DNA from: Alloascoidea hylecoeti
Taxonomy: Eukaryota
Length of the DNA: 64,000 nt
Reading direction: 5' to 3'
Assembly: GCA_001600815.1 (NCBI GenBank)
Contig: BCKZ01000008.1
Coordinates: forward strand, 961,885-1,025,884
The position numbers and the translations under genes were made by a program. Positions 35,315-46,689 of the stretch are shown piece by piece (positions within the stretch are counted from its first letter, which is position 1; each line of letters starts with the position of its first letter). Under the pieces are notes generated by a model. It was not told the origin of the DNA. It did not search any database and was given only the letters and a program-made list of their open reading frames with translations.

Positions 35315-38300
35315 ATGAGTGATGATAATGAATATGAATCAGATCTTGACAATGTTAAAGTTGATATCAAAAGCATTTTAGTAATAACAACTTCAAATAA
35401 TTTAATTGGTGGATCTTTTTTCAATCTTGACACTCAATGTTTGGAATTATTATGTGATGTTGAGTTATCATTAGCAATTGATGATAATGAACAGGAAGCT
35501 CTTTTCATTATCGAGAATTTATTATACCAATTGAAACCAGATGTTGTTGTTATTTCATCTAGGGTGTCTGATAAAATCGAGGCCTTTTTAAATCAATTTA
35601 AAAGATCTAACGATATTGATCACGATAAAGGGGGTTTGAATTTTGAAATTGAAATAAGACCAAGTAATGAGTTTTCAATTACTAAATCTCGTCAATATTT
35701 TGATAAGTTGATTAATTCAAAAATAAATGGGTTTGGACTATTGGAAGGTTTATTCAATGAAATTAATGCTCCATTGGTGGCAAGTATTTTCTCTCACTTT
35801 TTACAATATATAATAATGTTATGATTCAATTTTTTTAATCATTGTATTCTCATTCTTTAGTTATGTTCGTTTTCATGTCTGATGAAATATTCAGAATTAA
35901 AAGGAAATTTTACAATTGTTGAAATAAAATTATTCATTTTAGAAGATTCATTGTTTATTGATAATGAATCTCTAATATCTCTTCAAATTTATTCATCATC
36001 ATTAACTCCTACAAATCATCCGAATTATCATTCAAAATCAAAAACACCATCATCGAGAAATATAACTTCTACCTCTAAAAAAAATCAATTACAAAATTTA
36101 CAAAATTTTAAACTTACACTATTTGATATCTTAAATTTTACAGTTTCAAATTTAGGATTTCAATTATTTGAAAATTGGTTTAAAAGACCATTATCAAATA
36201 TAAAATTAATTAATCAAAGATTAGATTGTATTAATTTTTTGATAAATCCAAACTATACTGGGAATTTGGAAATTTTAATTGATGAAGTCAAAGGAATTGG
36301 AAATATTTGGAATATTTTAAAAAATATTAAAGTAGGAAAAATAAATTTTAATGGATGGAGGCAATTAGTTGAATTCAATGAAAAATGTATCAAGATCAGA
36401 AGAATTCTTATTAATAATATGAATGATGATGATAATGATGAGTTGCAATTACCTGAAATATTAGCTGAGGTATGCTCTTTTGCTCTTAGATTATTACAAC
36501 TAATAACTAATTAGAATCACTATAATAGATCTGCGATTCGATAAATGAAGAAGCAATGCATTATGCTTATACTTTAATAACAACAACAGTCGATTTTACA
36601 TTATCCAAAGAATTAAACAGAACAACCATAAATTATGGTCATGATACATATCTTGATGATCTTCGCACAACATATAATGAAATGGATTCAATCTTATCTT
36701 ATGCTTCAAAAGAAATATCAAGAGGTTTGCCTGATTTAATTTGTGATTTAATTAATGTTGTTTATTTCCCACAGGTTGGATACTTATTGGTACTACCTTT
36801 AGAGGTTGATATCAATAATGTTGATGAAAATGGTAATAGATTTGGCGATTTGGTCGAAGATATTAGAGATTGGAATGAAGTTTTCAGAACAACAAGTCAT
36901 ATTTATTATAAATCTGGTGAAATGGTTAGGATGGATGAATACTATGGAGATATTTATGGACTTATTTGTGGTGTGTATTAAAAGGACACACTTTATGGAA
37001 ATCTAATGATACTAATGATATAAACTAGATCGGGAAATTGAAATTATATATGAAATGCAAACGAAAATAGTTGAGATATCAAATAAGTTTCATAGTGCAT
37101 GTTCTGGAGTTGCCCAACTTGATTGTTTGTTATCTTTATCTCGTGCTGCTTTAATCCACAACTATAATAGACCAGTCATCTCGCCAGACCCAATTTTAAG
37201 GATCAGACAAGGACGGTATGGTATATAATTTCTCTTTATGTTTTTGATAACTTACTCATAACTCTGTTTTTTAATCATATGCTACTTTTTTAATTACAAT
37301 TTCAAGCCATCCATTATACGAAACACTTGTTCCTTCATTCATCCCTAATGATACCATTATAAGTGCTATTTCGACACCAGATATCCCTAATGATAATGAC
37401 CAAGAATCAGAATCAGAAATTCCTTCTATGAATAATAAAGATGGAAATGATACCTCCTTAATCTTATTAACTGGAGCAAATTTTTCAGGAAAATCCGTTT
37501 ACTTAGCTCAAAATGCACTGATTACATTTATGGCACATATTGGAAGGTATTTCTTTTTTTGTTCACTCATAATGAAAATTTGATTAGACTTATGGATTAA
37601 CTAACTCCCTTTTCGATCTACGTATTTATAGTTATGTTCCAGCTCTAAGTGCAGAAATTGGAATAACAGATAAGATACTTACTCGAATAGCCACAAGGGA
37701 ATCAGTTATGAAGGTAAATATTTGGATAACCCATTGCCAATTATCAATATTATAATACCTCTGTTTATATTTATGTTCGCTAACTACTTTTTTTCCTATA
37801 ATTAGAACATAAGTTCCTTTGTGATTGATATTAATCAGGTTAACAAAATTATCTCATTAGCAACAAAACAGAGTCTTGTCATTATCGATGAATTTGGAAA
37901 AGGAACTGATATTATAGGTAAGTATGAAAATATGTATATTCTTACAACCTATATACTAATATTCGATCTGAATTTGAAATATAATTATAGATGGGCCTGC
38001 TCTCTTTGCAGCGGTGATTAAACATTTTGATTATAAGAATGAAACAGGGGCCAAATTTTGTCCAAGATTAATTGCTGCTACTCATCATCATGGTAAGATC
38101 ATGAGATAATTTTATGATATCACTATAATACCCACATATATGATTGAAATATTTAAGTTTATTATCATCTTATAACTAACAATTTATGTACTATTTTCAA
38201 AAAGAACTAATTGAAAATGATATCCTTAAAGAAGAAAATGGTCTTAAATATAAACACATGGAAATTATGATTTCAGACGACAACCCTGGTGCACAAGATT

Positions 38301-39005
38301 CAGATTTACCAAAATCAGATTCAATCACCTATTTATACAAGTATGTGCCAAGTTTAATTAGAATTAATTGTAATTGATATCATAAAAATGATACCTTGAA
38401 TTAATATTATAACTGGTCTTATGATTATAATATCCGATCAAAAATATTCAGAAGTTGGCGAAATTATTAGATAGGGCAACATAACTAATAATTATATTAT
38501 TATGAAGGTTAAAAAATGGTAAATCCAATGGAAGTTTTGGAACCTTGTATGTATCGATAATAATGATTTGATATCATACTACAATTAATAATAGAGTTAT
38601 AAATACCTTGAATTTTGAATACACATCCTATTATAACTAACATACAATACTACCTAATAATAGTTGCGCAGCATTTTGCGGTATCAGTCCTAAGATTGTT
38701 AAGAGAGCTCAAGAATTATACAATTTAATATCAAAAAATGAAGATTTGGTTAGTATTTATGATGATTTAACTACTGAAGAAGAACAGGCGATATCAAATG
38801 CTGTAAGTTTTCGTTTAAAAATCAGACTTTGTGATAACCCATCTAATATTGAAAACTTTTCTTTTCATCCTTTAAACAGAAGAACATATCATTGAAGTTT
38901 CTTGATTTGGATTTTGAACAGCTTTCAATCAATCATGAAACGAATTCAGATGGCGATGGGAAGGTTAGAGAGATTCTAGAAAGTATCTTAAATTTAAAAG
39001 AATGA
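35315..39005 (+). CDS. MSH5: Meiotic MutS homolog 5; 12 exons, 892 aa. Introns 35780-35860, 36470-36528, 36971-37028, 37216-37306, 37547-37631, 37714-37805, 37918-37990, 38093-38204, 38341-38507, 38547-38663, 38803-38879
   Basis: Splicing restores a continuous 2679-nt frame with [76 protein letters not shown] and SFGTFCA..CG. Confidence 0.9.
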
Positions 39006-39562
39006 TAATCTTTGTTGGATTAATATTGCAAGTGAAAACTTTACTAGCTATAATTTGGCAAATAGTACTAGATTTAAGGCTAAATAACGCTAATATAATA
39101 ATTATACATCTGTAAGTCAGCTATATGAATTTTAAATGTCTGTGTTTATTGGTACAGGATGCTATTTTTCTCCTAATAAATACATATGGAGAAGGAGTAA
39201 TCAGCACGCTAAGAATATGGTCCAATAAATATATTGAACAAGTGACAAATTATCATTATGAACAACACGAAATATATGGCTTGCAAGAGGTGAATAAATA
39301 ATTATTCAGTTGCGATTAGCCGAGGCAAGTACCGGGTAACTACCTAACGGCTTAGCACGTGATGTAGGATATCTGCAGAGCTGAATTGGGTTATCTTCCT
39401 CTTTCATCTTCCATCTCCACCACTTTATTCACCTCATTTTTATTCCTTCCTCTATCTTGTTGTTATTTTTGCCTCATAACTAAACTTATAAGCATTCATA
39501 CCCTCTTTTTTTAATTTTCTCTCCTTATTACTTCGAACAATTTTATTGAAATCATTTGAAAC

Positions 39563-42218
39563 ATGTTAAGATCTCTAGGTTTTGGTAAAGTTGCAGAGCC
39601 AAATTTATCGAAATCAGAAATCTCTTTGAAGATTCTTGAAGAAGTTCGTGATTGTAAGCCAAAAAATTTCATACATTTTATTATTTAACAAATTTGAATT
39701 TATTTTCGCCACTATTTTGGAGGCTGAAACGGACATAACTATTTGCTTAATAACATTCATTAATATCCGAAATGTTACTCTGACGGAACTTTCGGGTTGT
39801 TTAATAATAAACTCTAACCTATATTTGTTTAGTTGAAACGGCTTTAAAGGCTATGGACTATGTTCTTGATGACAGGAAAGACGAAGGTTTGAAACTTTTA
39901 GAAGGTGGCAATGAAGCGATACATGCTGTAAGTCGACAATATCTATTTTTAGAAATATTATCGAGACAGTGCTAATTATATTTTTAACTTAATGATAGCT
40001 TGCAAGAGGAGTAATCGAATTCATTGAATCTACTCTTGGTTTCGAGCCGGAAGATATGAGAAAAGCAGGTCTTACACTTGGTGAAGCAGAGACCTTGTCT
40101 TATAAAGAACGGACAAAATCTCAAAGCTTAAATTTAAAAACCTCATCGATTTATCCACCTGGGACTGAATATGCTATAACAGCTGCCGAAGCAAATTTAA
40201 TGCATGCTTTGATCATGTTATTATCAGAATCTTTTATTGAATCTGCAAAAGCTTTATATAAACTTCGTAGAGCTTATAACATTTTAGATGAGGTACACAA
40301 ACAGACAATTGCCTATAGGAAGAAGAAATTAAATGATGTTACTTCTGCTTTCGGTGGTAATCCAAAGGCAAAATCTGCACTCGAATTGAGTACCTCATCC
40401 TCAAGTAAAGTGGAATCAAGTCAATCATCAATTACATCTAAACTTTCCAATATTAATCTTACGTCTAATTCAGTTTCAGGTTCAGTTTCTAAATCTAATT
40501 CAACAATTGACCTTCCTTCGGCAACAGAAAAAGATATTTTGAATAAGGATGTTATCGAGAAATCTAACTTGGTAAAAGAGATGAGACAAAATAGACTTGC
40601 AGGAACGCATATTAATGATATCAAAACGCTAATGAAACATAAATCAAAGTCAGTTGATGATTTATTAAAAGTACCCGATAATAATGATATTGATAATCAA
40701 GATGCAATTGCAGAACAATATTCAGATGAGATTTCAACAATTGATGAATTTATTGAATCCGGTTCAAATTTATGTTTTGGTGCTCTACAAGTTGTTTTAT
40801 CTTTATTGCCATCAGGTCTTGGTTCAGTTTTATCAATTATTGGGTTCAAAGGTGATAGAGAAGAAGGTTTAAAAATGTTATGGAAATCTGCATTAACAAG
40901 AAATATCCATGGCGGTCTAGCATTATTAGCATTATTATTATTCTACGATGGCCCATTTCAATTTAGCGATATCAATATTCAGGATGCTATTGATGCTGAT
41001 GGTGTTCAATTAAAGGAAAAAGAAACTAAATCTGCTAATGATGATTTCCCATTTGATGTTATGAAACCAGGCCATGTTCTTGAAGAAACTTTATTAAAAG
41101 CAAGTAATTTATTCCCGAATTGTGCTTTATGGATATTAGAAGAGGCAAGAATGTTAGCATCAAAATTAAAATTACATGATTCAATTAAATTAATGGATTC
41201 CGTTACAAAACCAATTCAAACTGCTCAAATTGAAGCTTTATTTATTTTTGATAGAAATCTATGGTTGTTATTTACTCATCAATATGATAGAGCAGCAGAA
41301 GATTTTATAAAATTAATTGATATTAATACTTGGTCTCATGCTCTTTATATGTTTTTTGCTGGAAGTTGTCATGTTGATCAATATAGAAAATTCCTTAAAG
41401 AAGGTAACCTAACTGAAGCAGAAAACTATAAAAAACTAGCAAATGATTGCTTAGTTAATGCACCTGATTTAATTGGAAAGAAAAAATGGGGTTCAAAAAT
41501 GATGCCTTTTGATGTTTTCTTATCAAGAAAAATTAATTATTGGAAAAAAGTTGCTGAAACGGAAAAAATTGATTTTGTTGATGCTATTGGAACATCACCT
41601 ATTCATGAATTAATGTATTTCTATAATGGGTTTAGTAGATTGGATGAAGAAAACTCTAAAACTGCTTTTGATTTATTGCAATACTCAGCAACATCTGATG
41701 ATGCTGATGCTGATGCTGATGCTGATATCAAAGAGAGTGAAGTTAAAGAAATAGGGGAGGCTGATGATGATATAAAAGATACTGAAAACGAAACTACATC
41801 TAAACCCAAATATCCTTTGATTAAAGAAACGGAAGAAGAAGGATTCATTAGGTATGTACTTCAATCTTTGGCGTTAAGATCACTCAATAGAACAGAAGAG
41901 GGAATGGAACTTTTAAACAAACAAGTTATTTCAAAAATTGTTACATTTGAGAATGGTTATAAAAAAGATGGTAAAACCTTAAGGTATCACTTTAATAAAC
42001 AATATAATTTAAATCCATGGGTTTATCCAGTTTCATTATATGAATATGCGGTTTTCAATTGGAAAGTTAATGGAGTTAAAGGTATTGAAGATACAAAAGA
42101 ATGGTTAAGAAAATCGTTAGCTTGGTCTGATGATTATGAATTAAGTACAAGAATTTCTTTAAAGGTTAAAGCTGCCCTTGATCATTTAAATTCAGTCGAT
42201 TTAAAGGATTTAAATTAA
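39563..42218 (+). CDS. IML2: Iml2/TTC39-family protein; 3 exons (introns 39654-39832, 39928-39998)
   Basis: AMDYVLDDR, GVIEFIESTLGFEP, IYPPGTEY, KALYKLRRAY, IGFKGDREEGLKMLW, WSHALY and DYELSTRI. Confidence 0.9.
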
Positions 42219-42559
42219 GAATTATGGTGAATTGTGATAAATTTATGTGATAAATAAAAGAGTGGAAGATTATAGCTATAGATTGATAAAGAAAAAAAAG
42301 AAATATTTATAAATGAATATAGATGTAATATATAATTATATTATTTGGTTGTTAACTTATGAATTCTCTGGTGATCTTCTTTAAATTGTTTTGAAATCAC
42401 TCAATATTTGCAATTGTATTGTTGCTTCTTCATCTTGCTATTTCGTCACCAATTAGACTACCTGCTATCATATGATATAGCAAGTTATTATTAGCAACTA
42501 CATTCATAATACTTTTAAGGTACGAGATCTCGATAAGGAGAGTGTTTAATCTTCAACTT

Positions 42560-43380
42560 TTAAATTTATTCTAAATTTCTAATTTATGATACCTGCATAT
42601 AACTGCATTCTTGTAAAATAGAGGGTGAAGTTCCCTGTAGCTGATTTATTAATTAGTCTTGGATGGTAATAGGTGGTGGGAAACTTGTTGCCAAATCTGC
42701 TGTAAAATATGTTTTAACAGAAGCATCATAAATATCCAAGACCATAATCAGCTGTGACTTACCTTTTAAGCACCTTAACCTATCATGATCATCTCTCATT
42801 GTGTCATCGATGCTTCATCGGTGCCAACATGGGACTCCATTACCCTGCAGAGAGCTCATACCATACAAGGTTATAGCATACCCTTTATAATCAATACAAC
42901 TTATAATACATATAACATTTGAACACAGTCTCTTATTCTTCTATTCATTAGACTACGGCTACTCTTATTCTTCTATTGATAGTTTCTATTTAAATAATAA
43001 ATTTAAAAAAAGCCACTGTTTTCCCCTTGTATCTTTATTCTGCGCGCTTGTTACCAAAATATCAGAATCCAAAACATCCCTAGAGCCATACACCCAATAC
43101 ATTAAATTTTGATAATTCTGACAAAAATTGTATTAAGAATCTGAGTTGCTTCTATCTTAAATTGAACAACTTCGTAAATCTCTTTATTAAGAGCAAAGGA
43201 TTAAGCACCTCTTTGTGAGAAATATCTCATTTGGTTTTCTCTACTGCATTATTTGCAAGTCAGATCTATTCAGTGTCGTAGAAAATGTTTCGAGCTCCTT
43301 TCATTTTTTCTCTATCATAAGTTAATACAAGGTTAGGTGTCAATTGAAACGTTTCAGCATCACTCCATATTTCCTCGTCT
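42560..43380 (-). other. Decayed endogenous fragment of a negative-strand RNA virus L/RdRp gene; boundaries approximate
   Basis: One frame reads REKMKGARNIFYDTE*I*LANNAVEKTK*DI (motif F-like; stops are TAG/TGA where Q/R are expected), then FLSELSKFN (motif A-like, 43127-43101). About 100 codons further are LQG (42850-42842) and SIDD (42814-42803). Confidence 0.5.
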
Positions 43381-43530
43381 TGAAGCATTTTACACGACTC
43401 TAAATAGATCTAACTTGCAAATAATGCAGTAGAGAAAACCAAATGAGATATTACTAACGAAGAAGAGCTTAATCCTTTGCTCTTAATACAGATATTTACG
43501 AGGTTATACAACCTAAGAAAAGGCCAACTC
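43143..43530. repeat. ~152-bp inverted repeat (43143-43294 / 43379-43530) with 84-nt spacer
   Basis: Arms align without gaps at roughly 84% by manual count, including a 40-nt perfect core ACTTGCAAATAATGCAGTAGAGAAAACCAAATGAGATATT. Confidence 0.92.
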
Positions 43531-44399
43531 TAATACTCAAACTCTAATACCACTACCAATTCAATCATTTTCAATGACCTTGATGCCATATTTGTCAGTT
43601 TCTTCTACGTTAATGTTTCCTATTTTCTGTAGCTGTCAGCTGTCACTAGCACAATAATACAGAATCAATTGAAAATAGAGCAAGGTGTTGTTAATCTATT
43701 AGAGGCATTCTTGAAAATACCCTATTACTAATTTTAGAGCTACAGCCGAGATTTCTTAATGCCTCATGGCCAAAACTTGATCTCAATACCAAACTTAAGA
43801 ATAATGGCACAATTGCTCTTATATGAGTGCTGACTTATAACATATGTCTCTATATATACTTTTATGTTGTATAAGTTTATATATAAATATCAATTTATAT
43901 CCATACATAAATAAATTGAACTGTAATTATTACCATAGCATAAAAGAAAGTAACATAAAAAGCACATGCATCTTGAATATGTAATTTTATATATTATTCT
44001 ATTAGTATGACTGCTAGCCAAGGTTGCAATTGCAATTGATTATGCTAATTTTACTTAATATAAGTTATAAAATTGTTGTAATTGAAATTCGGATTACAAG
44101 GAACATTAATCGTTTATTATTTGAATTTAATTAAGTTTGGATTATCAAAAATACTTGTGCGGCCTTGTGAATATATAATTTGTAATATATTTACTTACCC
44201 TTAATGTTAATTGTTAATTGTCTACTCTGAAATTTGAAATTTTAGTGAATAGCAATACTACGTACCCTCAATTTATATTATTCGAAGGTTATATTTATAC
44301 CAGATATTTGCCTACCCGCACGTAGAGCAATAGAAACAAATATTTTCTTAATGAATTATACTATTTACCTTAGGTATGACGATCTAATTAATAACTACT

Positions 44400-44780
44400 C
44401 GATTGGGAGCTATCCATTATTTGATATTGATACGCGCAAGATTAACTTTAGCCTTATTTATGAAGAAGCAGGGAAAAACTCTAAGTGTAAAGCAACTTTT
44501 GACCAGAGATAACTAAAAAGACTGGGTGAAATTATGAAGATACCGATGACGCGTTCGTATTTATAAACATTCTACTTGTATATGCGTGTTTTCAATGTCT
44601 TAAAACGGAATTTATAGGTTTATGAGAACGATAAACATTCACGATAATGTTGATTCATTAATTTGGGGTCATATAGGGTCTATTGATTCAGATATTTGGT
44701 ATGTAAGAATTATGATAGGGTCTAGTGCTGACAGCTCAGGGTTTCTTCTCAGATTTGTTGATGTTTGCCCCAAAATGTCG
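44400..44780 (+). mobile_element. Possible decayed Ty1/copia gag fragment
   Basis: VKQLLTRDN*KDWVKL resembles the copia gag 'L...NY..W...M' start, and IHDNVDSLIWGHIGSIDSDIW resembles the UBN2-type gag segment. AT-rich LTR-like DNA lies upstream (from TGTTG at ~43866). Confidence 0.3.
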
Positions 44781-44963
44781 TTAATGATTAGATCATAGCA
44801 TTATAGGTTTGCAGATGACACATAACTGTGCATGAGAACGCAACTAATTAAATACCAAATCCATTATAAAACTTTGTATAAAGGAATAGGAAATCCTATC
44901 TTTTAATTTTATTTTTTCTTCTATAAAATTTATCCGAACTTATATATAACTTGAAGGAAAAAT

Positions 44964-46064
44964 ATGACAAATCAGCTAGTAAAGAAAAAATCTAGGAGAT
45001 GGTTGAAATCTACTCCTTTGAATCAGGATCCAAAAGCTAAAATATCTGGCCCGATTTCTTCTTCTGCTACAAAGAATGAAAAGCCTTTAGAATTAAAAAA
45101 TGCTGTATTTATTAATACAGTAGAAAAAGAAAACACCAAGCAACATTGGCAATCGCAGTCGGGAAATGATAGTATTTATTTTGTTGATCCCCAACCCGAA
45201 ACATCACTAGATTATAACGTTATAACTAGTATATCACATATAAAAGAAGAAGACATGACTTATCGGGAGTTCCCAAATAGTATTAGAAGACATAATACTC
45301 AGATGCATAAACCATCAATAACCCACCTTTTTTCACATTTCACTTTGAAAAAGCAAGATACAAATACAAGTCCTGTATCTAGCTACAGAGGATCAATTTC
45401 AAGTACACCTTCCAGTCCTATATCTCGAAATTCAGTTTCTCTTCCTTCTCCTCGACATACGCTGAAAAATAAAACTAGTGCTTTCTTTTCGTCACTTCAG
45501 CCAACATTTAAAGAAAAGCAACGTGAACCCCTTCCAATGAATATAAAACCAATTGAACCAATTGAACCGATTGAACCAATTGATATCGATAATGTTTTTG
45601 GAACAATTTGCAGGGAGTCTAACTTTTTCGGCGATGCCGAGAATCAATTTGATAATATAATTAACTCACTAGGATCGGGTAACGGTCGAATCCAAAAAGA
45701 TATACCTGGTGTTTCAATGGCTCCATCATGTTCCATTTCGTCTGTTCCAACTTTTGAAACTGTATCAGAACTTCCAAGTTCTCGAGACTCATCTTTGAGA
45801 CGAAATTCGAGTTCATCATCGCTATCTTCTAATTATGAACCATATCTATCGATTTCATTTACGTCACAGACATTTGATCCCTCCGAACAGTTAAGGAAAT
45901 CTACTCATACTCTAACTTTGGCAAGTGGTGGTAAGCTAAATACGGAATTACCTCTCTTGCATTCTTCGAGTAAAAGAAGTTTCAGAGATGTCATTAATTT
46001 TTATAATATTAATGAAACCCATATTTTTGGTGATGATGATGCAAAGGATATATTTGATGATTGA
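44964..46064 (+). CDS. Ser-rich protein of unknown function, 366 aa
   Basis: Long uninterrupted ATG ORF with TATA-like elements upstream. No domain recognised. Confidence 0.65.
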   Translation: MTNQLVKKKSRRWLKSTPLNQDPKAKISGPISSSATKNEKPLELKNAVFINTVEKENTKQHWQSQSGNDSIYFVDPQPETSLDYNVITSISHIKEEDMTYREFPNSIRRHNTQMHKPSITHLFSHFTLKKQDTNTSPVSSYRGSISSTPSSPISRNSVSLPSPRHTLKNKTSAFFSSLQPTFKEKQREPLPMNIKPIEPIEPIEPIDIDNVFGTICRESNFFGDAENQFDNIINSLGSGNGRIQKDIPGVSMAPSCSISSVPTFETVSELPSSRDSSLRRNSSSSSLSSNYEPYLSISFTSQTFDPSEQLRKSTHTLTLASGGKLNTELPLLHSSSKRSFRDVINFYNINETHIFGDDDAKDIFDD

Positions 46065-46689
46065 ATATCATGATTAACTTGGTGGTTCAATTGTTACAAG
46101 ACGCTGTATGTTTATGCCTAATTAAGGCTTTTGGTAGTGCTGGTTCGCCTGTATATATAATTTATGATATATATAATGATAGACATGTTAAATGAATTAT
46201 TTCTTTATGATATTGGGAAGGTATTTAGCTATAGAATTGTTTTTGTTTTTCATAGATGTATGTAAATAATATATTAAAAATTGTATTACTTGAAGTTTTC
46301 TAGTACAGCATGTCTGTTGCTTGTAATTTTGATACAATACCAATTAAAAATTCTTGAAATTTGGGTCGGAAAAGGTGATCATGAGATATCCGAAATAAAT
46401 CAGGTCTCACCTTGAAACTTTTAGTTCTCCTCAATGTCCTCATGTAGCAAGAAAGAACAAACGTTAACCAGCTCTAAGAACATTAACAGCAACAATGAAA
46501 ACATTCGATTCAAAAAAAAAACATTCCAACGCAAATAAGAATAAGAATTTTGTCTGAAAGTGAGCGGCAAGGTGATTTTGAATTGGACACCAAACTGTCA
46601 AAGCTTTTATTTCTTGATCCACATCTGATCCAAAGTTGATCTGTATTATCATTTTGCTATTATGTGACACATGTAACAAATTATATGCA

